A DNA stretch of 62,679 nt from Alphaproteobacteria bacterium (GTDB lineage: Bacteria > Pseudomonadota > Alphaproteobacteria > UBA2136 > UBA6156): assembly GCA_027483385.1 (NCBI GenBank), contig JAIXUT010000195.1, forward strand, positions 1 to 62,679, read 5' to 3'. Shown here in pieces: positions 48,365 through 57,704 of the stretch (positions are counted from its first letter, which is position 1; the number at the start of each line of letters is the position of its first letter). Position numbers and translations under genes: made by a program. The notes below the pieces were generated by a model. That model saw only the letters and a program-made list of their open reading frames with translations, had not been told where the DNA came from and searched no databases.

Positions 48365-48418
48365 TGCCGATTCAGAAATTCAACAATAAAACACGATAAT
48401 CAAAATCATTTCAGCATG
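48365..48418 (+). repeat. Gene-end/junction repeat, copy C (short)
   Basis: ttcagaaattcaacaataaaac...aatcaaaatca parallels the ends of copies A and B and precedes ATG 48416. Confidence 0.55.
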
Positions 48419-48595
48419 AGAAACATTACACGCATCATTGTAATCTACGCCTTCCTTGGAGGCTTAATCGAAGTGAAAAAGGCGCAAAATCAGCAGCCGG
48501 TTCAACCACATTTTCAAAAAAATGTAGGAAGCATTGAGGCTAAACCCTTAGTGCGGTCAGTCCATCCCGGAACCACTGAATTGAAACCGCGCTAA
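48416..48595 (+). CDS. Small exported/membrane protein
   Basis: 59 aa from ATG 48416 with the hydrophobic N-terminus ITRIIVIYAFLGGLI. Confidence 0.45.
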   Translation: MRNITRIIVIYAFLGGLIEVKKAQNQQPVQPHFQKNVGSIEAKPLVRSVHPGTTELKPR

Positions 48596-48616
48596 AATTG
48601 ATTCCTTCCTGTCAAG

Positions 48617-48655
48617 GCCCGTTCAACCAATTGTTGAGCGGGCTTTGCTGTTTTT
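48617..48655 (+). terminator. Intrinsic terminator
   Basis: The stem gcccgttcaac/gttgagcgggc (11 bp, one G-U pair) is followed by tttgctgttttt. Confidence 0.6.
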
Positions 48656-48722
48656 AATACCCTTTTTTATCCCAAAAACACCTAAATTAACCGCATTATT
48701 TGTGTGTTTCAAAAATAGGAAC

Positions 48723-48730
48723 CATATTTG
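48723..48730 (+). promoter_or_regulatory. -7-like box CATATTTG(CAAC)
   Basis: Same 13-mer as at 41391. It lies 5-11 nt before candidate ATGs, implying a leaderless or near-leaderless transcript. Confidence 0.4.
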
Positions 48731-48734
48731 CAAC

Positions 48735-49040
48735 ATGAATATGGACGATCCTACCATAATTTTCTGGAAAACGATGTACCAAACCGCGCTCAAGCACGGG
48801 TTGAAAGCATGCATGCCAGGTATTGATCCAACGATCAATAAGGTTTGCCAGTGCTATATATTTCATATCCCTTTGGATGCGGCCGAGTTTGCTGCCGAGG
48901 TTGTGAAAAACAAAAAACTACCCAAGTTTTTCATTTACTTAAGTATGGATCATTGCCTTACCGGGATTCGAACGGTGGTCAGCGACGAAGAAGAAATCGC
49001 TTACGATGCACAAGTAAATGCGTTTCATGCTCAAAACTAA
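48735..49040 (+). CDS. Hypothetical protein
   Basis: 101 aa (ATG 48735 or 48741) with a TAATG overlap onto the methylase gene. Confidence 0.5.
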   Translation: MNMDDPTIIFWKTMYQTALKHGLKACMPGIDPTINKVCQCYIFHIPLDAAEFAAEVVKNKKLPKFFIYLSMDHCLTGIRTVVSDEEEIAYDAQVNAFHAQN

Positions 49041-50050
49041 TGGATACTAGCGCCTACATAAAGCAAATTTTATCCGCCTTCAAAAAAGGCGAGAAACTCA
49101 ACATTACGCATTTGCGTAAGTTGGGAAAGGCGGCTGGTTTGACCGAAAATGACCGGTACCTGATGGAGTTGGCCGAACTGGCCTGGACGAAATACTACCG
49201 GGATATTGTCCTTAATTCATACGATATTCAGCCGATAGAAACCTATCAAAAAATCGTTGAATTTTACAAAACCGTTCAACCCTCGTACACGGTCAAAGAT
49301 TCAACAAAGCGCATTTTTCAGCAATACTCAACCGCAGCGCCCATTGGCTACCTGATGGGTTGGTTTTGTGACCAAGGATTGCAGGAGCCGAAAGTATTTG
49401 AGCCAAGTGCCGGTAACGGTCTGCTTACGATATACTACCCACCAAAAAATGTGTCGGTCAACGAACTTGATAATATTCGCCGCACAAACTTGGAAGGGCA
49501 GGGGTATGCAGCCGTAACCAGTATGGATGCAAGTGTGCGCTTTCCGGCAAGCATGAAGCAGCAATACGATGTGATTATTACCAACCCGCCGTTTGGCAAG
49601 TTGGGTGAAACGGATCGCACATTTGGCTACCCGTTCAAAGAGATAGATCACATCATGGTTGCCGTTGCCCTGGAAACCATGCGCGACACTGGTCGTGCTG
49701 CCATTTTGATCGGCAACCATACCGAATACAATGAGGACGGCCGTATCAAAAGTTTTCGGGCATTTTTCGATTACTTACACCGGCATTTTAATGTGGCTAC
49801 CATGATCAACATAGATGCCGCCAAACTGTATTCAAAGCAGGGCACCTCTTTTGATCTTCGCTGCATCCTAATCAATGGGCGCAAAAAGCAGCCCATTGGC
49901 TACGCTCCTACAAAAGTACAAGCCCCCGAGTATGAATGGGTGGTGGATGATTTTGAAGGTCTGTATGAAAGAGTAGAAACGGCCAGGAATCGGGAATTTA
50001 TAAGCATTGAGCAACAACTTCAACAGTACAAAAAACAACTTTCGATATGA
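49040..50050 (+). CDS. N6-adenine DNA methyltransferase (NPPF, gamma-type)
   Basis: 336 aa from ATG 49040. Motif I VFEPSAGNGLL and motif IV VIITNPPFG. Confidence 0.8.
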   Translation: MDTSAYIKQILSAFKKGEKLNITHLRKLGKAAGLTENDRYLMELAELAWTKYYRDIVLNSYDIQPIETYQKIVEFYKTVQPSYTVKDSTKRIFQQYSTAAPIGYLMGWFCDQGLQEPKVFEPSAGNGLLTIYYPPKNVSVNELDNIRRTNLEGQGYAAVTSMDASVRFPASMKQQYDVIITNPPFGKLGETDRTFGYPFKEIDHIMVAVALETMRDTGRAAILIGNHTEYNEDGRIKSFRAFFDYLHRHFNVATMINIDAAKLYSKQGTSFDLRCILINGRKKQPIGYAPTKVQAPEYEWVVDDFEGLYERVETARNREFISIEQQLQQYKKQLSI

Positions 50051-50484
50051 TTCTTTTCGCTTTCAAAAAAGTATTTGAAAACACTACCGATGCGCTTTTA
50101 GGCGCTGCTTACACCAATAAATTTCATTGGGAAGGCATTCAACAAGCAATTTCGGATCGAGTGTATTTTTTAATCGAAGATAAGATCAAGGAAGAACCTG
50201 GGTTTATGCTCGAGGATATGAATGATGCCGAAAATATACATTATTCAATACTAAATTCAGATGAATACTGTAATTTCCTCATTGAACTAAAAGGGAAATT
50301 TGACCAGATACCGGAGGAAGAAATATCGAATTATGTTCGACAAAAGTATGAATACATGGAAAGTACAAAGTTCGATGGCCAGGCATTTAAATTCAACCTT
50401 GATGCGGAAGTGGACGAACAGGAACGTGAATCGTTGACATTTGACCAGTTTTGGCAAATGATTCAAGACCGAAACAACGCATAA
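50047..50484 (+). CDS. Acidic hypothetical protein
   Basis: 145 aa with an ATGA overlap. Confidence 0.55.
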   Translation: MILFAFKKVFENTTDALLGAAYTNKFHWEGIQQAISDRVYFLIEDKIKEEPGFMLEDMNDAENIHYSILNSDEYCNFLIELKGKFDQIPEEEISNYVRQKYEYMESTKFDGQAFKFNLDAEVDEQERESLTFDQFWQMIQDRNNA

Positions 50485-50500
50485 AACCACCCCAACCCAA

Positions 50501-53500
50501 ATGACCGACATAAAAAAACTACAAGCCCTGGACGTACAAGCCAGGGTACAGGCTACCCAACAAGAAGAAGAAGAAACCGAGTATGTGGGCGGTTTACTTC
50601 CTTATCGCCCCATGAGCGCTGGTACTTCATTGGAAGTAAGTACGCCATCGGGTATGGCCTACGAAATCCGACAAAGCCTGTTGCGCCTACGCGATGAGGT
50701 GTATGATATTGATTGGTACGTTACCAAAAAATTGAAGTACACCAACCCACAGGAGTTGTATAAATATTTCAGCGCCGAACAAATTGATGCACTCGCATTG
50801 GGTATTTACAACAGCGAACGCGGGGAGGGTATCATAGTCGGCGACCAAACCGGCATCGGTAAAGGTCGTATCGCCGCAGGTATGTTGCGATATGCTGCCA
50901 AAAATGGAAAGCCGGGTATCTTTTTCACCGTAAGCAGCTCGCTTTTTAGCGACATATACCGTGACCTATTCGACATCGGCACCCGTGATTTGGTCCCGCT
51001 TGTTATCAACACAGGCGACAAAGAAGCCCTGATTACCATCCAACTTGATGCAGACACAAGCATGTACCTGCACGAAATGGACGAGTACCAAGGCGACCAG
51101 CGGTATCAACCAAAGACATACCAACAATTAAAAAGCCTTATTGAAGGACGCGAAAGCATGCCCAAAGGGTATGACATCGTGTTGGTGACATACAGCCAGG
51201 TCAGTTCCGATATGGTAGCAAAAGAGGCGCTTTTAGGGGCCAAGAATAGCAGTAAAAAAGTAAAAGAGAATGGATCGCAATGGAAGCCGGACTTTGTCAG
51301 TGCGGTGGCCAGTGGTGCAGTGATCATCATGGACGAGGCGCACAAAGCGGCTGGTTCCGATAGTATCATTGGCCAATACTTCAAAACCAGGGTATTGAAC
51401 AACTGCGATGGATGCCTGTATTTGTCGGCCACATTTGCAAAGCGGCCCGATAACATGCCGGTTTTTGCCATCAAAACTTCAATATCCCATACAAACCTGT
51501 CTTCAGAAGGATATAAGTTAGCCTTTGAAAAAGGCGGTGTCGCCTTACAGGAAATTGTTGCCGGAGAATTGGCCAAGAGTGGACAAATGGTGCGCCGTGA
51601 ACGCTCCATTGACCCGGATGCCTTCGAATACGTCTTTTTAGACGAGGATGCTGAAAAGCATAAAGTGATCTATGATGCCGTTGCCCGATTAGTTCAGCGT
51701 ATTTCACAGTTTGAGCGCGACTACATCACGCCGAAAATTGCGGAAATTAAAAAGGTCTATACGGACCCGGAAACAAAAGCCCTAAGCAAAGGATTGGGTG
51801 ACCGGAGGAGTGAGTTCTTCTCCAGTGCGCACAACCTAGTACGCCAGGTGTTTTTTGCCATTAAGGCGAATGAAGTAGCACAGGCGGCTATCCGGTTGCT
51901 GAATGACAACAAAAAGGTGGTGATCGCTTTTGCGCGCACCATGGCCAGTCAAATCCAGCAATTAGGCTTAAGCAACGGCGACGTTGTTGAAAATGATTCA
52001 TTCCAAATTATTTTCAAAAAAAATTGGGATAAAGCCCGTCAATACAGCATTGTTGAAAAGGGCGAAGAAAAAAGCGCTGCAAAGGAGGACGACCAAAATC
52101 AAAGCGATGAGGATGGTGCTACCATTGATCCAAATTCAAAAGTTGTACAAAGTTGGCAGTTCGAATTGGAAGATTTTGAACCGGAGGCACAGGCCGAATA
52201 TTTGGCGATTGAGGAAGATATTACTTCTTTAAGCCAATTAGATATGTCGATCAGCCCAATTGACGTACTGATCAATACCATCCAAGCGGCAAAAAAGCCC
52301 GCGTATGTAGATGGGCATGAAAACGGCAACTATATTGTACATGAATGCACCGGGCGATCCATGCAATTACGGCGCGATGGGAAGGATCTGGTGTATAGAA
52401 ATTACAAAGCAAATAAGGTCGGATTTTTTGCCGATTTTAACCGGGGTGATGCGGATGTTTTACTTATCAACCAAAGCAGCGCTACCGGAGTATCAGCCCA
52501 CAGTTCAGCAAAATTCAAAGATAAACGTCAGCGCGTGATGATTATTCACGAGCCAGAATTGGACGTAAATATTGAGGTGCAAAAATGGGGACGTATCGAC
52601 CGCACGGGTCAGGTGAATCGTCCTAAATACTACTACTACTCCACCAGTATTGCGGGCGAAAAACGCCTGTTTATGGTACTGAAAGGGAAATTGCGTTCAC
52701 TTTTTGCCAACACTTCCGGCAACCAAAAAGCGAGTGATACACAGTTAGAAAGCCCTGATTTTTTCAATAGGTTTGGCGATAAAGCAACACGCGCATGGCT
52801 GGATGCCAATATTGATATTGCCTACAAAGTTCGATTGAGCAAAGAGCAAATGGAAGATGCAGCCGCTCGAAATTGGCGCGACAAAAATGCCGGAGCCGAC
52901 CTGGTGAACGGAATTGCTGAAAAATTCGCCAGGTACATTGCTTTTTTAGAAACAGACGAGCAAGACCGCGCTTATTCAGAAATTTTGTCGGAATACGACG
53001 GATTGATAAACGAGGCAAAATCATCGGGCACTTACGACCTGGAGGCCGAATATATCGACCTAAAAGCGGAAGTACTCGAAAGAAGCATTTTTGTGTTGGG
53101 TACCGGAAAGAAGTCCCCATTTGGCAGGCATGCCGTCAATAATAAGGTATCGGCACGGGTAACCAAGCGCCCTATGTCATTTATAAAGGTCCAAGAGGCA
53201 ATCATTCTTGGGTTAAAAGGCGGTAATGTATCATCCATTGCTCCATTTGTAAATGAATTTGTGAACGAGTATAAGCAAGGCCGTGCTGCTTTGCTTGATT
53301 CAAAATTGGCGGATCTTTCTGAAAAAATGGCCGAATTACAAGAGAAGAACGCCTCCAGACAGGCTGAATATGAAAAGAAATTAGCGAAATATGAGGCTGT
53401 GAAAGCAAAAGGAGAAGAAGGTGAAAAAGAATTAAAAGCACTAGAGGTAAGTGAAGCATCAGTCAAAAATACACTTACTAAAATAAGCGATTTAGAGGAT

Positions 53501-54850
53501 AATATAGACGCTGCGAGGGCGAAAATTATATCCGAAACTAACAATGGTGTTTCAGTGCTAAATTTCTTTTACCCAGGCCGACCAGTAGTGTATGACGACC
53601 AACAAGGCGTTACACACAACATGGTAGTAACAAGTGTGGAGTACGTGAAAAAGCCGGGTGAAAGTACTCGGTATAATGCAGCAAACATAGTGGTTAAATG
53701 TGCAGTGTACGGACCGGACCGGACACGAACTATGAAATTAAATGATGATCGTATAAGCCGGTGTATGGCAGTAACCCAGGCAACGCCAACGGACTATCTT
53801 GAGAACATTCTATACAATTGGAATAAATCGGATGAAAGCGGTGGGCGTAGGGAAGAACGTAACATCATTAATAACAATATCCTTTTAGCAATTGGGAAAG
53901 CGGCAGAAGGGAAATTGGTTCGCTACACGAGCGATAAAGGCGCGTTGCTGAACGGTATTTTGTTGCCCCCAAGTGATAAAACGGCAACGGGCGTTCCTAA
54001 AAAAATAAAAACGTTATTGCCTCTAAATAAAGGCATTGACAAGGTAACAAGTTTAGGTAAAAATGAACTGTTTTTCCCAAGTAGTGATTTTCATACGGTC
54101 AAAGAACCCCATTTTAATGGTGCAGGATCGGCAGGTGTTTATTTTAACCTTCCAAGCACCTCAAAGTATAAAACAGTGTGGGGGAATGAAGTATTAATTG
54201 ATTTAATCCTTCAATCGGAATCTGACAAAAATGCAGGATTACCCAAGGCATTTCAGAAATACACGGGTAATTTGTTTACCTGTGCCATTTTGATGAAAAA
54301 TGTACCCGAATTTGTGGAAGAACTATACCGGGTAACCGGATGGGAGTTTGAAAGCGGTTCAATTGCATACGTTGAAACAGACGATGCGCCATTACCCGAA
54401 GTAACCGACGACCGTGTAGTTACAATTAGCCGGTATATCCTTTCAGATACCACCAAGGAAATACCTACCATCCAAGGGTATTTAGGTCAATATGATGAAA
54501 ACGGCAAAACAATCGTAGAATTTATTGATCTGTTGTCTACCAAAGAAAAGATTGAGTATGGCTTGCAGCCTTACTTCAAAAACATGCACGAAAGTGTATC
54601 AAACTGGTATCGAGTTGCAAAAAGCAACGGTGTCCCTATGCCTACCATCCCGGATCAATACGATTATGATGCAATGATCCAAACGTTGTCCGAATTTTTG
54701 GCCGCGAACAGGAACGAGGCTGGCAACCGCGAGTTTGAGTTTGGCCCATTTTCATTCAGAGTGTTGGCCACTGGCTTACTCGAAGTGCTGAAAGGCCGTA
54801 AAACAAGCAACGAAACCCTAAAGCATTTTAAATCCCAACTAACCGTATGA
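50501..54850 (+). CDS. Strawberry-notch-like SF2 helicase, giant
   Basis: 1449 aa with the P-loop GDQTGIGKGR, the DEAH box IIMDEAHKA, the helicase-C block LINQSSATGVSAHS, and VQKWGRIDRTGQ. Confidence 0.8.
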   Translation: MTDIKKLQALDVQARVQATQQEEEETEYVGGLLPYRPMSAGTSLEVSTPSGMAYEIRQSLLRLRDEVYDIDWYVTKKLKYTNPQELYKYFSAEQIDALALGIYNSERGEGIIVGDQTGIGKGRIAAGMLRYAAKNGKPGIFFTVSSSLFSDIYRDLFDIGTRDLVPLVINTGDKEALITIQLDADTSMYLHEMDEYQGDQRYQPKTYQQLKSLIEGRESMPKGYDIVLVTYSQVSSDMVAKEALLGAKNSSKKVKENGSQWKPDFVSAVASGAVIIMDEAHKAAGSDSIIGQYFKTRVLNNCDGCLYLSATFAKRPDNMPVFAIKTSISHTNLSSEGYKLAFEKGGVALQEIVAGELAKSGQMVRRERSIDPDAFEYVFLDEDAEKHKVIYDAVARLVQRISQFERDYITPKIAEIKKVYTDPETKALSKGLGDRRSEFFSSAHNLVRQVFFAIKANEVAQAAIRLLNDNKKVVIAFARTMASQIQQLGLSNGDVVENDSFQIIFKKNWDKARQYSIVEKGEEKSAAKEDDQNQSDEDGATIDPNSKVVQSWQFELEDFEPEAQAEYLAIEEDITSLSQLDMSISPIDVLINTIQAAKKPAYVDGHENGNYIVHECTGRSMQLRRDGKDLVYRNYKANKVGFFADFNRGDADVLLINQSSATGVSAHSSAKFKDKRQRVMIIHEPELDVNIEVQKWGRIDRTGQVNRPKYYYYSTSIAGEKRLFMVLKGKLRSLFANTSGNQKASDTQLESPDFFNRFGDKATRAWLDANIDIAYKVRLSKEQMEDAAARNWRDKNAGADLVNGIAEKFARYIAFLETDEQDRAYSEILSEYDGLINEAKSSGTYDLEAEYIDLKAEVLERSIFVLGTGKKSPFGRHAVNNKVSARVTKRPMSFIKVQEAIILGLKGGNVSSIAPFVNEFVNEYKQGRAALLDSKLADLSEKMAELQEKNASRQAEYEKKLAKYEAVKAKGEEGEKELKALEVSEASVKNTLTKISDLEDNIDAARAKIISETNNGVSVLNFFYPGRPVVYDDQQGVTHNMVVTSVEYVKKPGESTRYNAANIVVKCAVYGPDRTRTMKLNDDRISRCMAVTQATPTDYLENILYNWNKSDESGGRREERNIINNNILLAIGKAAEGKLVRYTSDKGALLNGILLPPSDKTATGVPKKIKTLLPLNKGIDKVTSLGKNELFFPSSDFHTVKEPHFNGAGSAGVYFNLPSTSKYKTVWGNEVLIDLILQSESDKNAGLPKAFQKYTGNLFTCAILMKNVPEFVEELYRVTGWEFESGSIAYVETDDAPLPEVTDDRVVTISRYILSDTTKEIPTIQGYLGQYDENGKTIVEFIDLLSTKEKIEYGLQPYFKNMHESVSNWYRVAKSNGVPMPTIPDQYDYDAMIQTLSEFLAANRNEAGNREFEFGPFSFRVLATGLLEVLKGRKTSNETLKHFKSQLTV

Positions 54851-55782
54851 CACTTGAACAAAAAATAAAGTCCATTATTGGAGAAGGAACAGGGATTAAA
54901 CTTACCCGTCCTCCAAAGTCTGATTCAGTATTGGCCGATGATCCAATTTTTTGGAAAGTAATCGACGACATACAAATAGGTAACAACGTGTTTCTGGTAG
55001 GCGAGGCCGGTACTGGTAAAACCGTAATGGCTGAATCAGTTGCGCGTGCCCTGGTGCGTGAATTTGTAACCATCAACTGTTCACAATGGACCAGCCCTGG
55101 CGAAATCATTGGCGGAGAAACAATCACCGGATACCGGGAAGGCAAATTGTTCACATGTTGGCGCAAAGGGAAGTTGCTGGTGCTCGACGAAATGCCGAAA
55201 CTGGATCCAAATACTGCGGGCTTGTTCAACGATGCCTTGGCAAAAACAGCGGCGCCGAAAGGCATGGGGATTCTCACTGATCCCAATGGCGAAACCTACG
55301 ACAAAAACCCAAAATTCGGGTGTATTGCAACGGGTAACACCACGGGCAAAACCGTAAGCGCCAAATACGGCGGTAATAACCAGCAAGATGCTTCTCTTTT
55401 GGACCGTTTTTCGGGTTCCTACTACTTCATTGGGTATGATGAGAAAAAAGAGGCAAAACTGACGTTCAGAGCAGTATTCAATATTTGCAGGTCAATCAGG
55501 AACGTAATAATTGCACAGCAGGGCGACGACATTATGACCTTGCGCACCATGCTCAACCTAAATCGCGCATACGACCTGGAAATGCGCCGTGAACTTGGAG
55601 AGGAGCCTGAAAATGAATTTGGCAAAACCCTCAAAGACGCAATCGAAAGTTACCTGGCTACTTGTGATCCCGATATTCAGGTAGCGATTCGTGAAAGTGA
55701 AGATATTGACCTGGAAAAATTCTACAATTCATACCGAAATACCAAGCAATACTTGGAAGATCGGAAGCGCTTTGAAGGATAA
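54847..55782 (+). CDS. AAA+ ATPase (MoxR/CobS-like)
   Basis: 311 aa with Walker A GEAGTGKTV, Walker B LLVLDEMP, and the ATGNT sensor-like block. Confidence 0.75.
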   Translation: MTLEQKIKSIIGEGTGIKLTRPPKSDSVLADDPIFWKVIDDIQIGNNVFLVGEAGTGKTVMAESVARALVREFVTINCSQWTSPGEIIGGETITGYREGKLFTCWRKGKLLVLDEMPKLDPNTAGLFNDALAKTAAPKGMGILTDPNGETYDKNPKFGCIATGNTTGKTVSAKYGGNNQQDASLLDRFSGSYYFIGYDEKKEAKLTFRAVFNICRSIRNVIIAQQGDDIMTLRTMLNLNRAYDLEMRRELGEEPENEFGKTLKDAIESYLATCDPDIQVAIRESEDIDLEKFYNSYRNTKQYLEDRKRFEG

Positions 55783-56933
55783 TGGCGAGGCTTATAGGTC
55801 AAAAGGCACTTGATATTACTACCGCGAAATCAAAAGCAGGTGGTGGCAATACAAAAGCCAAGGGTGGTACATCATCTAAGGCTTCGAAGCCTGTTGCTCC
55901 AGTTCAGCAGCAAAATGCTTTTTCACAAAGTGAACAAGTTAAACAACCTGAACCACCCCAAAAGGTGGTTTTATATAAAAAGATAAATGGCGTTTATTAC
56001 TTTGAATTTCAAAGTATTAAAGCAATAGAAAACTGGACTGAGCGTAAACTAAAATCATTAAGCGCTGAAGGGGAAAAAGTAATAGGTCTACTTAGGCAAA
56101 CCGTTGAAAGTAATTACAATTCAAGCGAATTTTATTATGCCAATAGTCCAGAAGAAGTTTACAACGCACAAAAGTTTTGTGCTTGGAATTTAGTTCAAAA
56201 ATATCGAATTAGGCTACGTTCAGAGTTGAAAAAACTTGTAAACATCAAGCAAAAAAATGATGTAGAAACAAAACGGCTTGAATATAATGATCGTGAATTA
56301 GGAGCCTTTTCATTTGATCGGGCTGCTATGCGATTGCGAACCCAATACCCGCCAAAATCGGTTCGACAACTTCGTATTGCATTGAATGGAAGCGATGGAA
56401 GCAAGATTGTGAGTGACAATAAACGATCATTTGCGTATTTCAAAAATATTCTAAAGCCAAAACCAAGTATTCGTATTTTTTTGGAACAATCAGGATATGG
56501 GGATGGCGTTGTGTACCAAGGACTAGCACCTTATTTTCTTGCAGAAATGTTAATGCAAAAAGGATACAAAGTTGAAATAAATGGAATTAGGGCAATCGAG
56601 AATGATGGAGTGTCTGTTTTCACAAAAACATTGTTGAAGAAATTCAATGGGGAATTAAATGCAAATACAATATTGTTTGCATCATCTGACCCAAGGTATA
56701 TAAAATGGAAGATGTGGAACTACACAGTATGTCAATTAGATGATTTAAATCTTACACCTGGACGTTGGGGAATCCATAGCACATATTTTTCGAGATATTT
56801 TATAGAAAAAAATCTTATAAATCCGCGCGAAATTCCACTTTTAATGCAAAATGCAGATTCGGAAGAATCTATGTTTTCGGTCATTGAAGAAGCCTACGAT
56901 TTCATCATAATGTCACAAAACAACCAACGATGA
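55782..56933 (+). CDS. Partner of the AAA+ ATPase (degenerate vWA/CobT-like?)
   Basis: 383 aa with a TAATG overlap. IRIFLEQSGYGDG occupies the position of a MIDAS-like DxSxS block (weak). Confidence 0.45.
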   Translation: MARLIGQKALDITTAKSKAGGGNTKAKGGTSSKASKPVAPVQQQNAFSQSEQVKQPEPPQKVVLYKKINGVYYFEFQSIKAIENWTERKLKSLSAEGEKVIGLLRQTVESNYNSSEFYYANSPEEVYNAQKFCAWNLVQKYRIRLRSELKKLVNIKQKNDVETKRLEYNDRELGAFSFDRAAMRLRTQYPPKSVRQLRIALNGSDGSKIVSDNKRSFAYFKNILKPKPSIRIFLEQSGYGDGVVYQGLAPYFLAEMLMQKGYKVEINGIRAIENDGVSVFTKTLLKKFNGELNANTILFASSDPRYIKWKMWNYTVCQLDDLNLTPGRWGIHSTYFSRYFIEKNLINPREIPLLMQNADSEESMFSVIEEAYDFIIMSQNNQR

Positions 56934-57268
56934 AAAACCAAAGTTTCATGGACAAGATAATCGCGGATTTGACCACAGACTGTAAGGAATGTGACCACTA
57001 TTGCGAGGAGTTCATTTTGTTCAAAAATAACATTGTACAAAACCAGTGGTTTGCGCGATACCGGCGCACTGACGTATCCGGGGGCACTGGCCGCGAAGAG
57101 TTTCGATGGATATGCTACGACCTAAAAGGAAACCGGATTGAATGTGATCCGGTTTTTACTGATACACAAATACGTTGGCATTTTTACAATGCCATGGTGC
57201 TCGTAAAGCACTTGCCAAACTGCAAAAACAACTACCAGGCAATCACCCAAAAATCACACAATGTATAA
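56930..57268 (+). CDS. Cys-containing hypothetical protein
   Basis: 112 aa with an ATGA overlap and CKECDHYC. Confidence 0.55.
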   Translation: MKNQSFMDKIIADLTTDCKECDHYCEEFILFKNNIVQNQWFARYRRTDVSGGTGREEFRWICYDLKGNRIECDPVFTDTQIRWHFYNAMVLVKHLPNCKNNYQAITQKSHNV

Positions 57269-57662
57269 ACTATCAACATTAACCCCACTTGAATTGGTCC
57301 AGTTGGGTAAAATGCCCATTCCAAACCAACAAAAGATAATTGAAAAAACAGGCGAGCCGTTGTTGCCCCTAGAAGTATTCAATTACCTCAAAGACCTTAC
57401 TGGAGGATTCCAAAAGTCAAATGATTTGGCCCTAGAGGTCGATACTTTGCTCTACGAACTGGCAGAACGCCAGGGCGTATTGAAAGGCGCTTCAAAAACT
57501 ACACCTGCACCCAAGCCAGCGCCCAAGCCGGTAAATCCCAAGGAAGAACTCACAGGAGCCATTGAAACACTGGAGGTATCCCTTGAATTTGTTTCAGGAC
57601 CCGATAAGGATGCCATTCAAAACGCGATATCTGCTTTGCGCATCGCCCTTGAATTTTCGTAA
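57261..57662 (+). CDS. Hypothetical protein
   Basis: 133 aa. Confidence 0.55.
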   Translation: MYKLSTLTPLELVQLGKMPIPNQQKIIEKTGEPLLPLEVFNYLKDLTGGFQKSNDLALEVDTLLYELAERQGVLKGASKTTPAPKPAPKPVNPKEELTGAIETLEVSLEFVSGPDKDAIQNAISALRIALEFS

Positions 57663-57676
57663 ATTTAGAAAAATTT

Positions 57677-57704
57677 ACATAAACCACATAAACCACATAA
57701 AAAC
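57677..57704 (+). repeat. 9-bp tandem repeat in an A/C-rich leader
   Basis: acataaacc occurs twice, then acataaaaac, directly before ATG 57705. Confidence 0.7.

Noticed and set aside
48960-48985. tRNA T-arm-like string ggattcgaac.
   Set aside because: The flanking bases cannot form the T-stem or the acceptor stem, and the string lies inside a well-behaved CDS (48735-49040). No tRNA was found in the window by eye.
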